A DNA stretch of 62,480 nt from Candidatus Omnitrophota bacterium (GTDB lineage: Bacteria; Omnitrophota; Gorgyraeia; Zapsychrales; JANLHA01). How positions within the stretch are numbered: position 1 is the first letter of the stretch; each line of letters starts with the position of its first letter. This document shows, in pieces, positions 44,004 through 52,837 of the stretch. The stretch covers positions 1-62,480 of the forward strand of contig JANPFV010000041.1 of NCBI GenBank assembly GCA_031423615.1, in the 5' to 3' direction. The notes under the pieces are model-generated. The model saw nothing but the letters and a program-made list of their open reading frames with translations, searched no databases and was not told the DNA's origin. Both the position numbers and the translations under genes were made by a program.

Positions 44004-46301
44004 TTAAACCACATTTTCGATCGCTTCATAAAGTTTCTGCCGGTCGATCGGCTTAGAAACATAACCGTCCATCCCGGCGTCCAAGCATTTCTGGCGATCA
44101 CCGGCCATGGCGTGCGCCGTCAACGCGACAATCGGAATATGCTGTCCGGTTTTTTTTTCCGCCTCCCGAATCAGCCGAGTGGCTTCAAATCCGTCTAAGA
44201 CCGGCATTTGCGCATCCATCAGAATCACATCAAATTTTTCCTGCTCTAAATATTCCAAAACTTGTTTCCCGTTTTCAGCACCTTTCACCGACCAGCCCTT
44301 TTTCTCCAGCATCTTCGCCGCAATCTTCTGGTTGACAATATTGTCTTCGGCCAAAAGAATACGGACGGGGCGCGTATCTTTGACGGCGGCCTCAGGGACT
44401 GGCGCCGGAATGGTTTCCTCGACGGACTTTGCATGTTCAGCGACACGAAGTTTAGCGGTAAAAATAAAGGTACTGCCCTTAAATTCTTCGCTTTCCGCCC
44501 AAATCCGGCCGCCCATCAATTCCACCAAACGTTTCGAGATCGCCAAGCCTAAACCCGTCCCCCCGAAACGGCGCGTCGTCGACGCATCCGCCTGGGTGAA
44601 AGCTTCAAAAATCGTTTCCAATTTGTCCTTGGGAATACCCACCCCCTGATCCCGAACGGAAAACTGCAATTCACAAATCCCGTCCGTAATATTTAGAACC
44701 TTAACCGCGGTGGTAATTCTTCCTTGAAAAGTGAATTTGATGGCATTGTTGATCAAATTGACTAAGATCTGACGGATACGGACAGGATCTCCAATTAGAA
44801 ACTCGGGAATATTCGGGTCCAGTTCCCGAATAATATCCAATTTCTTATGACGGGACAAAACCTCCAGCCCTTTACAAACACTTTGAATAATGTGCGAAAC
44901 GCTTAACTCGATATTTTCCAGCTGGACCTTCCCCGCCTCGACGCGCGAAAGGTCAAGAATATCATTGAGCAAACTTAAAAGAACGTCTCCGGCGTTTTTA
45001 ATAGTGGACAAATTGTCGCGCTGTTCCGGCGTCAACTGAGTGTCCAAAGTCAAATCCACCAAACCCAAAATCGTATTCATGGGCGTGCGAACTTCGTGCG
45101 ACATATTTGCCAAAAATAAACTTTTGGAATTATTGGCTTCTTCAGCGGCAATTTTGGCTTTAACCAGCATTTGCTGGACGCGCTTCTGCTCGGTGATGTC
45201 CTGCATAATCCCGACGGACCCAACGATGTTGTCATTGGAATCTTTTAAAACATTGACCGAAAGGTCGACATCAATGACCGTTCCGTCTTTCTTCAACGCG
45301 CGCGTTTCAAAATGATGGCGGGACCCTGTCTTACGGATACCCTCGGCGCGGATTTTTTTCCATTCTTCTTGCGGATACAAACTGCTGATATGCTGCAAAT
45401 AAATGTCGTCTTTGTTTTTTCCCAGCATCTGTTCCGTATACCGATTCCAGGAAATGATGCGCTCTTGCTCGTCGGTCAAAGTAATCGCGGCCGCGCTATG
45501 GTCGAGAATAATGCGGATTTTATTTTCGGATTCGCGGATTTTTCTTTCCGCGATTTTTTGTTTTGTCATGTCGCGAAGAATCGTGATCGAACCGATGACT
45601 TTCTCTTCGCTGTCCTTGATAAATGACAATGAGAGGCCCACATCCAAAACACTTCCGTCTTTTTTATAGACCTGGGTCTCCACTTCATTAACGCCGCGGT
45701 TGTCCTTAGCCCGGGTCGTTAAAACGCGTTCCCACTCATTGGGCGGATAAATTTCATTGGCCGCTTTATTAAAGAGGTCTATCTTTTCCATGCCCAGCAT
45801 TTCCTGGACAAAAGGGTTCCATGCAGTCACGCGACCGTCCTGGTCGCAGACTAAAATTGCGACAGCGGAATTATTAAATACCGTCTGAAAAATTTCTTTG
45901 GATTCTTTAAGGTCCTTTTGGGCGCGCTTCGCGCCGGAAATGTCCTGCAGTATCCCGTCAAGAAAAAGCGGTTTTCCCTTGCTTTCCTTAACTGCGACCA
46001 AGGACAAACGGCATGTCAAAGGCCGTTGACTTTTGGTTGACACTTCAATTTCGGCTGCGGCCGCGGAAGATTGTTTGACAGCCGTCTCGGCCAGCGAACG
46101 ATAAAGTTTCTTGTCGAAAAAAATTTCATCGACGGCCAAAGACTCGAGATCCTCAGCGGCATAGCCCAAAAGGCAGCATAAAAAAGCATTGGCAAAAACA
46201 AAAGAATGTCGGCCCTCGAGGCCGATGCGAAATACACCCACCGGCATCGCGTCCATCAAAGCCCGCGCTTCAGTCCATAACGTTGGATTTGGATCACTCA
46301 T
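44004..46301 (-). CDS. soluble hybrid sensor histidine kinase (multiple PAS, HisKA, HATPase_c, receiver)
   Basis: Repeated PAS-like units (...ITLTDEQERIISWN...), H-box LANMSHEVRTPMN, G-boxes DQGVGI and GTGLGLAISKRLVELMGG, and receiver VRILLAEDN...ILMDAQMPVLDG. I trimmed the start to the ATG at 46301, which overlaps the upstream TGA as ATGA. No TM segment. Confidence 0.9.
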   Translation of the reverse strand: MSDPNPTLWTEARALMDAMPVGVFRIGLEGRHSFVFANAFLCCLLGYAAEDLESLAVDEIFFDKKLYRSLAETAVKQSSAAAAEIEVSTKSQRPLTCRLSLVAVKESKGKPLFLDGILQDISGAKRAQKDLKESKEIFQTVFNNSAVAILVCDQDGRVTAWNPFVQEMLGMEKIDLFNKAANEIYPPNEWERVLTTRAKDNRGVNEVETQVYKKDGSVLDVGLSLSFIKDSEEKVIGSITILRDMTKQKIAERKIRESENKIRIILDHSAAAITLTDEQERIISWNRYTEQMLGKNKDDIYLQHISSLYPQEEWKKIRAEGIRKTGSRHHFETRALKKDGTVIDVDLSVNVLKDSNDNIVGSVGIMQDITEQKRVQQMLVKAKIAAEEANNSKSLFLANMSHEVRTPMNTILGLVDLTLDTQLTPEQRDNLSTIKNAGDVLLSLLNDILDLSRVEAGKVQLENIELSVSHIIQSVCKGLEVLSRHKKLDIIRELDPNIPEFLIGDPVRIRQILVNLINNAIKFTFQGRITTAVKVLNITDGICELQFSVRDQGVGIPKDKLETIFEAFTQADASTTRRFGGTGLGLAISKRLVELMGGRIWAESEEFKGSTFIFTAKLRVAEHAKSVEETIPAPVPEAAVKDTRPVRILLAEDNIVNQKIAAKMLEKKGWSVKGAENGKQVLEYLEQEKFDVILMDAQMPVLDGFEATRLIREAEKKTGQHIPIVALTAHAMAGDRQKCLDAGMDGYVSKPIDRQKLYEAIENVV

Positions 46302-46588
46302 TTTTTCAGTTTGACATTTTTTAAGATCGCAATCAAAAACACACAAGCCACTAAAACAGTCAGTGCCGAAAGCGAATAACAAAAGACAAGGTTCCACTCT
46401 CTTTGACTCATCGTAGGAACAAAGGGACCTACTAGCAAACGGATCACCCATAAGCCGGAAAAGATCGCCGAGCCGGCCAGCAAAAACAAGAGGACCGCCA
46501 TCAAAAAAGAAATGACCAGGACGTAACAATTATAAAAAAACAAATTCCCTTGCGAAATTTTGCTGGCTGCTATTCCGATTCTTTCCAT
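46298..46588 (-). CDS. small polytopic membrane protein (96 aa)
   Basis: Three hydrophobic stretches (CYVLVISFLMAVLLFLLAG, IFSGLWVIRLLVGPFV, LVFCYSLSALTVLVACVFLIAIL). It is translationally coupled to the kinase gene. Confidence 0.6.
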   Translation of the reverse strand: MERIGIAASKISQGNLFFYNCYVLVISFLMAVLLFLLAGSAIFSGLWVIRLLVGPFVPTMSQREWNLVFCYSLSALTVLVACVFLIAILKNVKLKK

Positions 46589-47356
46589 TTATTCTCCCGT
46601 GGGCCGCAACCGCCGGATTTCAGCTTTCACCGCCGTGATCCTGTCTTGAATATACGGATGAGACCGCAAAAGTAAGGGTGTGCTCCCCTTGTCACCTTCT
46701 TTTTCTAAAACCGCAAATGTTTTTAGCATACCATTAAGGTCGTAACCGGAAAGGTCCAGATACTTGAGGCCCAATTTATCCGCCTCATATTCGTCGCTAC
46801 GTCCATAAGCGGATGTGATCAAGGTCATCAAGGCCTGGGAACTCAAAGAAGTGATCTGCTTGGTCCATTCGGCCATTTCGACTTTATTTAAAAGATCACT
46901 CAACAGATTATAACCCAAGACCGCCTGATATTTTTTGATCGTATGCCGCGCCGCGCAATGACCGATTTCATGCGCCAGGACCGCGGCGATTTCATCATCC
47001 GTCGGAATTTTTTTAATCAATCCGGTATAAATATAAATATTCCCGCCGGGAACGGTAAACGCATTGAGCTCATCCTTTTCAATCACATAAAACTGATAGG
47101 AAAAATCCTGGCGGTCGGAAACTAAAGCTACCTTCTTTCCGATTCGGTTGATGCGGTCCGTCAAGGAAGGATCCGCAGAAAGTTTTTCAGTGGAAAGAAG
47201 CTGTTTGTGAATCGTCTGGCCCATAGTCACTTCTTGCGGCGTGGAAATAAAAATCAATTCCTGCCGGCCCGTGGCATTATTGTACGTCCCCACTGAGGCG
47301 CAGCCGCCCAACGTCAGGGCCGCGATAAAGATTATAAGATGTTTTATTTTATTCAT
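46589..47356 (-). CDS. M48-family zinc metalloprotease lipoprotein
   Basis: Lipobox ALTLGGC and the zinc site AVLAHEIGHCAARH. Confidence 0.87.
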   Translation of the reverse strand: MNKIKHLIIFIAALTLGGCASVGTYNNATGRQELIFISTPQEVTMGQTIHKQLLSTEKLSADPSLTDRINRIGKKVALVSDRQDFSYQFYVIEKDELNAFTVPGGNIYIYTGLIKKIPTDDEIAAVLAHEIGHCAARHTIKKYQAVLGYNLLSDLLNKVEMAEWTKQITSLSSQALMTLITSAYGRSDEYEADKLGLKYLDLSGYDLNGMLKTFAVLEKEGDKGSTPLLLRSHPYIQDRITAVKAEIRRLRPTGE

Positions 47357-47390
47357 CGATGATTACTCTCCGCTTGAAATAAACCGGACC

Positions 47391-47981
47391 TTATCTTTCA
47401 AACTTCACAACATTCTGCCACCAAAGATGGCTGTCCCATTTAGCGATCGTCGTCCACATTTTTTGCGCGCTTTTCGTTTTCAAATGTTCCGGTGCGCGCT
47501 TAAAAAAAAGCTTGGCTCCAGTATGACCGCGATCAAAATATTCTTTAGCCTGCAAAAGGCATTCCAGGATATCCGCATCGCGGGCGACAATACTTTCCTT
47601 CGTCGCCTGTTCATCGTAATCCTGGCGCATTTTTTGAAGAACCAAACGAATATTTCCGTCGAGATCAACGACCTGGTCCTTAAAAACCTTTTTCTCCGCG
47701 TCTTTAAAATCAATATAATAATGTCCCATTTTGTGCAAATCATTGATGCGCGATTCGTGGATATCGTTAAACAAAGCCATCACCACGGTTTTATACGGGT
47801 CGAGTTTTTCCAAATGGGCCAGATAAAAGGCGATCACCGCGGCGCGAAAGCAATGGTCGGCGACGGATTCCGGCTCCTTGATTCCCGCCACCCACCAGCC
47901 GCTGCGCTTGACATGTTTCAAAAGTCCGGCCTCGGCAAAAAAATTGACGGCCGCGGTTAAAGAAGGTTTTGTTTTTTTCAT
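47391..47981 (-). CDS. HD-domain phosphohydrolase (YfbR-like)
   Basis: ESVADHCFRAAVIAFYLA and ALFNDIHESRINDL fit the H...HD/D metal-site spacing. 196 aa. Confidence 0.7.
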   Translation of the reverse strand: MKKTKPSLTAAVNFFAEAGLLKHVKRSGWWVAGIKEPESVADHCFRAAVIAFYLAHLEKLDPYKTVVMALFNDIHESRINDLHKMGHYYIDFKDAEKKVFKDQVVDLDGNIRLVLQKMRQDYDEQATKESIVARDADILECLLQAKEYFDRGHTGAKLFFKRAPEHLKTKSAQKMWTTIAKWDSHLWWQNVVKFER

Positions 47982-48713
47982 TTAAGCTTCTTTATAATTC
48001 TTGCGTTGACAAAGAATTTCATAACACAAAATCGTCGTTGCGTGCGCGGCGTTAAAAGACATGCGGGGATTGGCCATGGGAATGGTCACCGCAATGTCTA
48101 AATGCTTGCGCACCACATCGCGAATTCCCTTTTGTTCAGAGCCCACGACGACGGCCAAAGGAAATTGGAATTTCGTTTCTGTCAGGTCCTGCCCGTCCTT
48201 TACGACCGAACCGGTGATCCAGAAACCTTCTTCTTTGGCCTTGGTCAATGCCAACGCGATATTAGCGACCTTGGCGACCCCGACATAATTGTCCCCGCCG
48301 CAGGCCACGCGTAAAACCGTTTCGGTCACCTCGACCGAATGGTGAGTCGGAAGAACAATATAAAAATGGCCCAGACAGCCAAGACTGCGGATGATCCCGC
48401 CTAAATTCTGCGGATCATTGAGTTCATCTAAAAAAACAAGCGTGCCCTTGTCCTTTTTGGCCTCTGCTAAGATGTCGGACAAAGTCCGGTAAGAAAATCC
48501 TTCGACCTCGGCGAGCAAGCCCTGCGAATTGACATCGCGGGCAAGCTTAAGCATTTTCGTCGCCGGCACCATGGTGACAGGAATTCCGAACTGTTTCGCC
48601 TTTTGATTCACATACGACGATTCCGGGTGGCCATGTTCGACAAAAATCCTCTTGATGCTTCGCGGATTGGATTTGATCCTTTCTAAAACAGGGTTACGCC
48701 CGTAGAGTCTCAT
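47982..48713 (-). CDS. rlmB: 23S rRNA (guanosine-2'-O)-methyltransferase RlmB-like (TrmH family)
   Basis: MRLYGRNPVLERIKSNPRSIKRIFV N-terminal domain plus SpoU motifs (DELNDPQNLGGIIRS, VVGSEQKGI, IPMANPRMSFNAAHA). Confidence 0.87.
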   Translation of the reverse strand: MRLYGRNPVLERIKSNPRSIKRIFVEHGHPESSYVNQKAKQFGIPVTMVPATKMLKLARDVNSQGLLAEVEGFSYRTLSDILAEAKKDKGTLVFLDELNDPQNLGGIIRSLGCLGHFYIVLPTHHSVEVTETVLRVACGGDNYVGVAKVANIALALTKAKEEGFWITGSVVKDGQDLTETKFQFPLAVVVGSEQKGIRDVVRKHLDIAVTIPMANPRMSFNAAHATTILCYEILCQRKNYKEA

Positions 48714-48979
48714 GGGACCATCTCAGTCGCCACGCTGGGTTGATTTTGGATCAAATTCCTGCGGCTATCGATTTTTTTTTGATAATCTTCTTCCACGATC
48801 TTTTTCTTTTGCAAATAATCGGCATAGGTCAACTTCTTTTGCAGATAATCCCTTTCCAGCGAATCGAGGTCCGCCTGATAAGCTGAAAATTGCTTGTCAT
48901 GGATAATGTCCTTGATCGGCCCGTCGGAGGTACATCCCGCCATAAATAAAATCCCCAAACACATAAACAAATTTTTCAT
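48710..48979 (-). CDS. small lipoprotein of unknown function
   Basis: MKNLFMCLGILFMAGC has a lipobox. 89 aa. Confidence 0.6.
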   Translation of the reverse strand: MKNLFMCLGILFMAGCTSDGPIKDIIHDKQFSAYQADLDSLERDYLQKKLTYADYLQKKKIVEEDYQKKIDSRRNLIQNQPSVATEMVP

Positions 48980-49032
48980 TTTCCTCTTTCCTCCAATGGA
49001 CCCTTCATGTTGATAATGACAATACCCTTATG

Positions 49033-49791
49033 CTACCCCTCGGATGTCATAAAATTTCCGAATTTCATAAAAAAAGGCATAGATAAAATGACCGCCAAAA
49101 CCAAAAGCGAGAGAATCGAAAACCAGATACACAGGACATCGAAAAACCACCCCGTTCCGTTGCGCCGGGAGCAAAGATCTCGATAAGCGCTGCGCTGGCC
49201 TGTCCGGATTTTTTTGTAAGCATTCTCTTTAATCTGTCCTTCGGTTTTGTTAACATTGCCGCTTAAAATTTCACTGACGATCCGCGAATATTCTTGATTG
49301 TATTCGCATTCTTTCGCATCATGCAATTGGGTCGCATGCACTTGGTGAAATTTCCAGCCGCATTTCGCACAATAGGCGTTATAGGAAAGCCGGATCAAAA
49401 GAGAATCCACAACGTCGATAATGACCCAAGGGATCATTAAGAAAGATGTGAGGTTCAACGGCTGGACTAAAACCCGCTTATAATCCCTTCCCATTTTAAA
49501 ATGGTTACGGCTGAAAGAATATAAAAACTTGAATGTCCTCACTTTAAAATATGTTCCGATGACGTATTGCGCCCGCAGATATTCTCCCATTTCCCATTCG
49601 TTTAGAATTTCTTTGAGGACGCCGACTCCCCGCTGGATATCACCGCCGACTAAATTCGGGTCAAAGTCCTTGTCATCGCGAAAGCCCAGCGTGTCATCTT
49701 TCTCTACCGTCATTAAATTCGTGTCGCAGTAAAGACAGCGTTCGCGGTCATCGCTGTGAAAAACAATTTTGCAACGGGTGCATTTTTTCAT
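49033..49791 (-). CDS. zinc-ribbon-containing membrane protein of unknown function
   Basis: From the ATG at 49791 (ATGA overlap with the GT2 stop): MKKCTRCKIVFHSDDRERCLYCDTNL (CxxC..CxxC). A second CAKCG follows, and there are two or more hydrophobic segments (FLMIPWVIIDVV, FFDVLCIWFSILSLLVLAVIL). Confidence 0.65.
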   Translation of the reverse strand: MKKCTRCKIVFHSDDRERCLYCDTNLMTVEKDDTLGFRDDKDFDPNLVGGDIQRGVGVLKEILNEWEMGEYLRAQYVIGTYFKVRTFKFLYSFSRNHFKMGRDYKRVLVQPLNLTSFLMIPWVIIDVVDSLLIRLSYNAYCAKCGWKFHQVHATQLHDAKECEYNQEYSRIVSEILSGNVNKTEGQIKENAYKKIRTGQRSAYRDLCSRRNGTGWFFDVLCIWFSILSLLVLAVILSMPFFMKFGNFMTSEG

Positions 49792-50519
49792 TTCTTGATG
49801 CCCAAAGCCAAATAAAAAATCGGTTTGAGTATGCTCCACCAGCCGACAATCGGTTTCATCTTTGTATAACCCAGACTTTTTGCCGGATAAATTTTGGTGA
49901 CCGGGGCTTCACAAAAACGATAACCCAGACGGATTGTTTTAAAAAGAATATACGGCTCCAGTTCATAAGTATTAAGCCAGGCTTGGTTAACATTGATCCG
50001 GTGGTCCTTAAACAAAGACAGACGCATGGCGCGAAAACCATTGGTGCTATCGGTCACCCGGTGACGCACCACCAAAGACAGTAAAAAGGGATGTAGCCGC
50101 GTCGCCCATTTCCGGTAAAACGGCATGTCTCCGCCGATCCGATTGCCGCCGATATAACGCGATCCTTGCACGATATCAAATCCTTGGTCGATGATAGGCG
50201 AAAGCAATCCCGGGATTTCATCGGGATTGTCCTTGTCGTTGCCGGCCATGATGACTAAGAGTTCATATCCGTTATCCATGGCGTATTGGATAGCGGTACG
50301 TATGGCCGCTCCCACTCCCCGGCGCATCGGATGCCTTATCGTTTGTACACCTTGCGGGGCGAAAGAACGGATCATTTCGCTCGTCCCGTCGTCGGATGAG
50401 TCGTCGACGATCAAATAGTCAACTTTCCCATAAACCGGTGAATTTAAAAACCGGCTGATGACACTTTTAAGTTTGACATTCTCGTTATACGCAACCGGGC
50501 AGACCAGACATCTTGGCAT
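49788..50519 (-). CDS. family 2 glycosyltransferase (polyprenol-phosphate sugar transferase-like)
   Basis: PVAYNE...VDYLIVDDSSDDGT...VIMAGNDKD matches the GT-A/GT2 pattern. 243 aa. Confidence 0.85.
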   Translation of the reverse strand: MPRCLVCPVAYNENVKLKSVISRFLNSPVYGKVDYLIVDDSSDDGTSEMIRSFAPQGVQTIRHPMRRGVGAAIRTAIQYAMDNGYELLVIMAGNDKDNPDEIPGLLSPIIDQGFDIVQGSRYIGGNRIGGDMPFYRKWATRLHPFLLSLVVRHRVTDSTNGFRAMRLSLFKDHRINVNQAWLNTYELEPYILFKTIRLGYRFCEAPVTKIYPAKSLGYTKMKPIVGWWSILKPIFYLALGIKK

Positions 50520-50525
50520 AAAAAT

Positions 50526-51098
50526 TTATTCTTTCAGGCGCAGTTGATTATTTAAAAGCCCATAGTATTTCCGGCAGGCGGCGCAAAAATAGTCCGGCGA
50601 AAGTTTTCGTCCGCAACAGCAGGCGTATCCTAACGGCCGGCCCGGATTCCCGGCAACAATTTGATGATCCGCCACATTTTTGGTGACCACCGCTCCTGCT
50701 CCAATCACCGCGTATTCTCCGATGGTCAGACCGCACAGGATAACGGCATTGCTGCCGATTGAGGCCCCTTTTTTGACCAGAGTTTTTTCCAGAACCCACG
50801 GATCCCGGCGGACCGCGCGGGGATGGCGGTCATTAGTAAACGCCGCATTGGCCCCGCAAAAAACATTGTCTTGGAGAGTGACACCTTCAAAAACATTCAC
50901 GCCATTCTTTAAGGTCACACGATCCCCCAGCGACGAACCTTTTTCAATATAACAACCATCACAAATATTGCACTGCTCACCGACCACCGCGCCATCCTGA
51001 ATATTGGCAAAAGCCCATATCCTTGTGTTGTTGCCAATTTTTGCTCGCGTCCCGACGAGAGCTGTCTTGTGCTGAAAATATTTCTTCTTAGGGATCAA
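50526..51098 (-). CDS. hexapeptide-repeat sugar N-acetyltransferase (WbpD/WlbB-like) with a Cys-rich tail
   Basis: Left-handed beta-helix repeats (IWAFANIQDGAVVGEQCNICDGCYIEKGSSLGDRVTL...). C-terminal CCCGRKLSPDYFCAACRKYY. Confidence 0.8.
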   Translation of the reverse strand: MIPKKKYFQHKTALVGTRAKIGNNTRIWAFANIQDGAVVGEQCNICDGCYIEKGSSLGDRVTLKNGVNVFEGVTLQDNVFCGANAAFTNDRHPRAVRRDPWVLEKTLVKKGASIGSNAVILCGLTIGEYAVIGAGAVVTKNVADHQIVAGNPGRPLGYACCCGRKLSPDYFCAACRKYYGLLNNQLRLKE

Positions 51099-52111
51099 GC
51101 GATGACCTCGGGCATGCCGCCTTTTTCAATGGAACGTTGTGTGGCGCATAAGGCGCGAACTACGCGATATCCTTTATCGGCATCCGCGCGATCCGGCGGT
51201 TTATTGTTTATGACACAGTCGATAAAATATTGGGCCTGCACTTTGAGCGGTTCATGAAAACCCATATTGGGAATTGTGATACTCCCCTCACGCGATAAAA
51301 GCTGAAACTCCCCATAACTTTCATAAAATTTTGAAGTGCGCTCGACGTGTTTATCATAAAGGCGAATAGGACCGAGATTGTCTAAATCGTCCCAGACGAC
51401 CATTTTCTTGTCACCGACGATGGTAATCTGCCGGACTTTTTTAGGGTCCAGCCAGCTCACATGAATGTTGACCATGATCTTTCCGGGATATTCCAACGAA
51501 GCAAAAGCTACGTCCTCGAGACTTTGACCCAAATATTTCTGGCCGCAAGCCGATACCTTTAAAGCGGCGGAATCAAAAAGATAATCAAAAACGGAAATGT
51601 CATGCGGCGCTAAATCCCAAAGCGCATTCACATCGTAACGGAAAGGCCCCAGATTGGTCCTTTCCGAATGGGCATACTGGATCGTTCCCAGCTCGCCCGA
51701 CTTGATGTATTCCTTAAGCCGCACAATCCCTTGATTAAAAACAAAAATATGACCCACCATCAACAATTTTTTATTTTGGTCGGCGATGGTTTTTAATTTT
51801 AAACATTCTTCCGGATGCAAGGCGAGCGGCTTTTCGCAAAGAACGTGTTTGCCGTGTTCCAAGGCTTCTTTGCTGAATTGAAAATGAGTGTTCGTCGGGG
51901 ACGCCACACAAATCGCGTCGATCTGCGGGTCTTCCAGGATTTCGCGGTAATTCTTTGTCGTTTTGACGTCGGGATAAAGGACTTTGATGGATTTGAGACG
52001 TTCCTCGTCAAGATCAGCGCAAACAACGACTTGGGAATTGGCGAGCTGATTGAAAATACGGATATGGTTAGGGCCCCAATGGCCGCAGCCGATAATACCT
52101 ATACGAATCAA
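51095..52111 (-). CDS. Gfo/Idh/MocA-family NAD-dependent sugar oxidoreductase (WbpB/GnnA-like)
   Basis: Rossmann N-terminus MIRIGIIGCGHWGPNH and the EKPLAL motif. It overlaps the downstream acetyltransferase by 4 nt. Confidence 0.85.
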   Translation of the reverse strand: MIRIGIIGCGHWGPNHIRIFNQLANSQVVVCADLDEERLKSIKVLYPDVKTTKNYREILEDPQIDAICVASPTNTHFQFSKEALEHGKHVLCEKPLALHPEECLKLKTIADQNKKLLMVGHIFVFNQGIVRLKEYIKSGELGTIQYAHSERTNLGPFRYDVNALWDLAPHDISVFDYLFDSAALKVSACGQKYLGQSLEDVAFASLEYPGKIMVNIHVSWLDPKKVRQITIVGDKKMVVWDDLDNLGPIRLYDKHVERTSKFYESYGEFQLLSREGSITIPNMGFHEPLKVQAQYFIDCVINNKPPDRADADKGYRVVRALCATQRSIEKGGMPEVIA

Positions 52112-52327
52112 AGCGACCTCCCGATCAATAGGTCATTCCCGCGCGCCTTTCACGGCCACCCACAAACGCTCATGGATCATCCGCTGAAGGCCGAGGAAGT
52201 AACGTGTTTGTTATTGTCTAAAATGCTATCGACATTATAGGCAATTTACCCCCAGTTAAAAATAATAATTTTTTATATTTATTCCGCTTTTCTGGATAGA
52301 ATCATCATAGGACAACAACAAAAAACC

Positions 52328-52837
52328 GTGAATACTTCTTTTATGCCAAATAAAAATTTTTCTTTCCTGAATATTAGAAAACAAATTTTCTTCACACTCA
52401 CAGCGGCCGTTTTGATTTTAAATCTGTTTTTCTTAACCAAAGAAACGATTAAAATGGTTCATATCCGCCAACGGGCGCCTTACACTTTTTTGGGCGACCG
52501 CTTTCGCGGATTAGAAACCTTGATCGGAAAAGCCCCGATAGCGGGTTATTACACGGACAAAAACCTCGATGACAAAGTCAACGCCATGCAGTTGGCCCAA
52601 GCCCAATTGATTTTAACACCCATCATTCTGGATTTGAATAATACCGGCCATGAATTTGTCATTTTTGATTGCACGTCCCCGGCCGCGGCCCTTAAAAAAA
52701 TCAAAGACATCGGCGCTCAGCCGCTAAAAGCCAACCGGTACGGCATCATTTTAGCGCACAATCCGGACCGAGGGACGGCATACGCTGCGGACAGCGTCAA
52801 AACTTTTGATAAAAAAATATCCCGGCAATCGCCATGA
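52328..52837 (+). CDS. membrane-anchored protein of unknown function
   Basis: One N-terminal TM helix (IFFTLTAAVLILNLFFL). The GTG start at 52328 or the ATG at 52343 are both possible. It overlaps the next gene by 4 nt. Confidence 0.55.
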   Translation: MNTSFMPNKNFSFLNIRKQIFFTLTAAVLILNLFFLTKETIKMVHIRQRAPYTFLGDRFRGLETLIGKAPIAGYYTDKNLDDKVNAMQLAQAQLILTPIILDLNNTGHEFVIFDCTSPAAALKKIKDIGAQPLKANRYGIILAHNPDRGTAYAADSVKTFDKKISRQSP

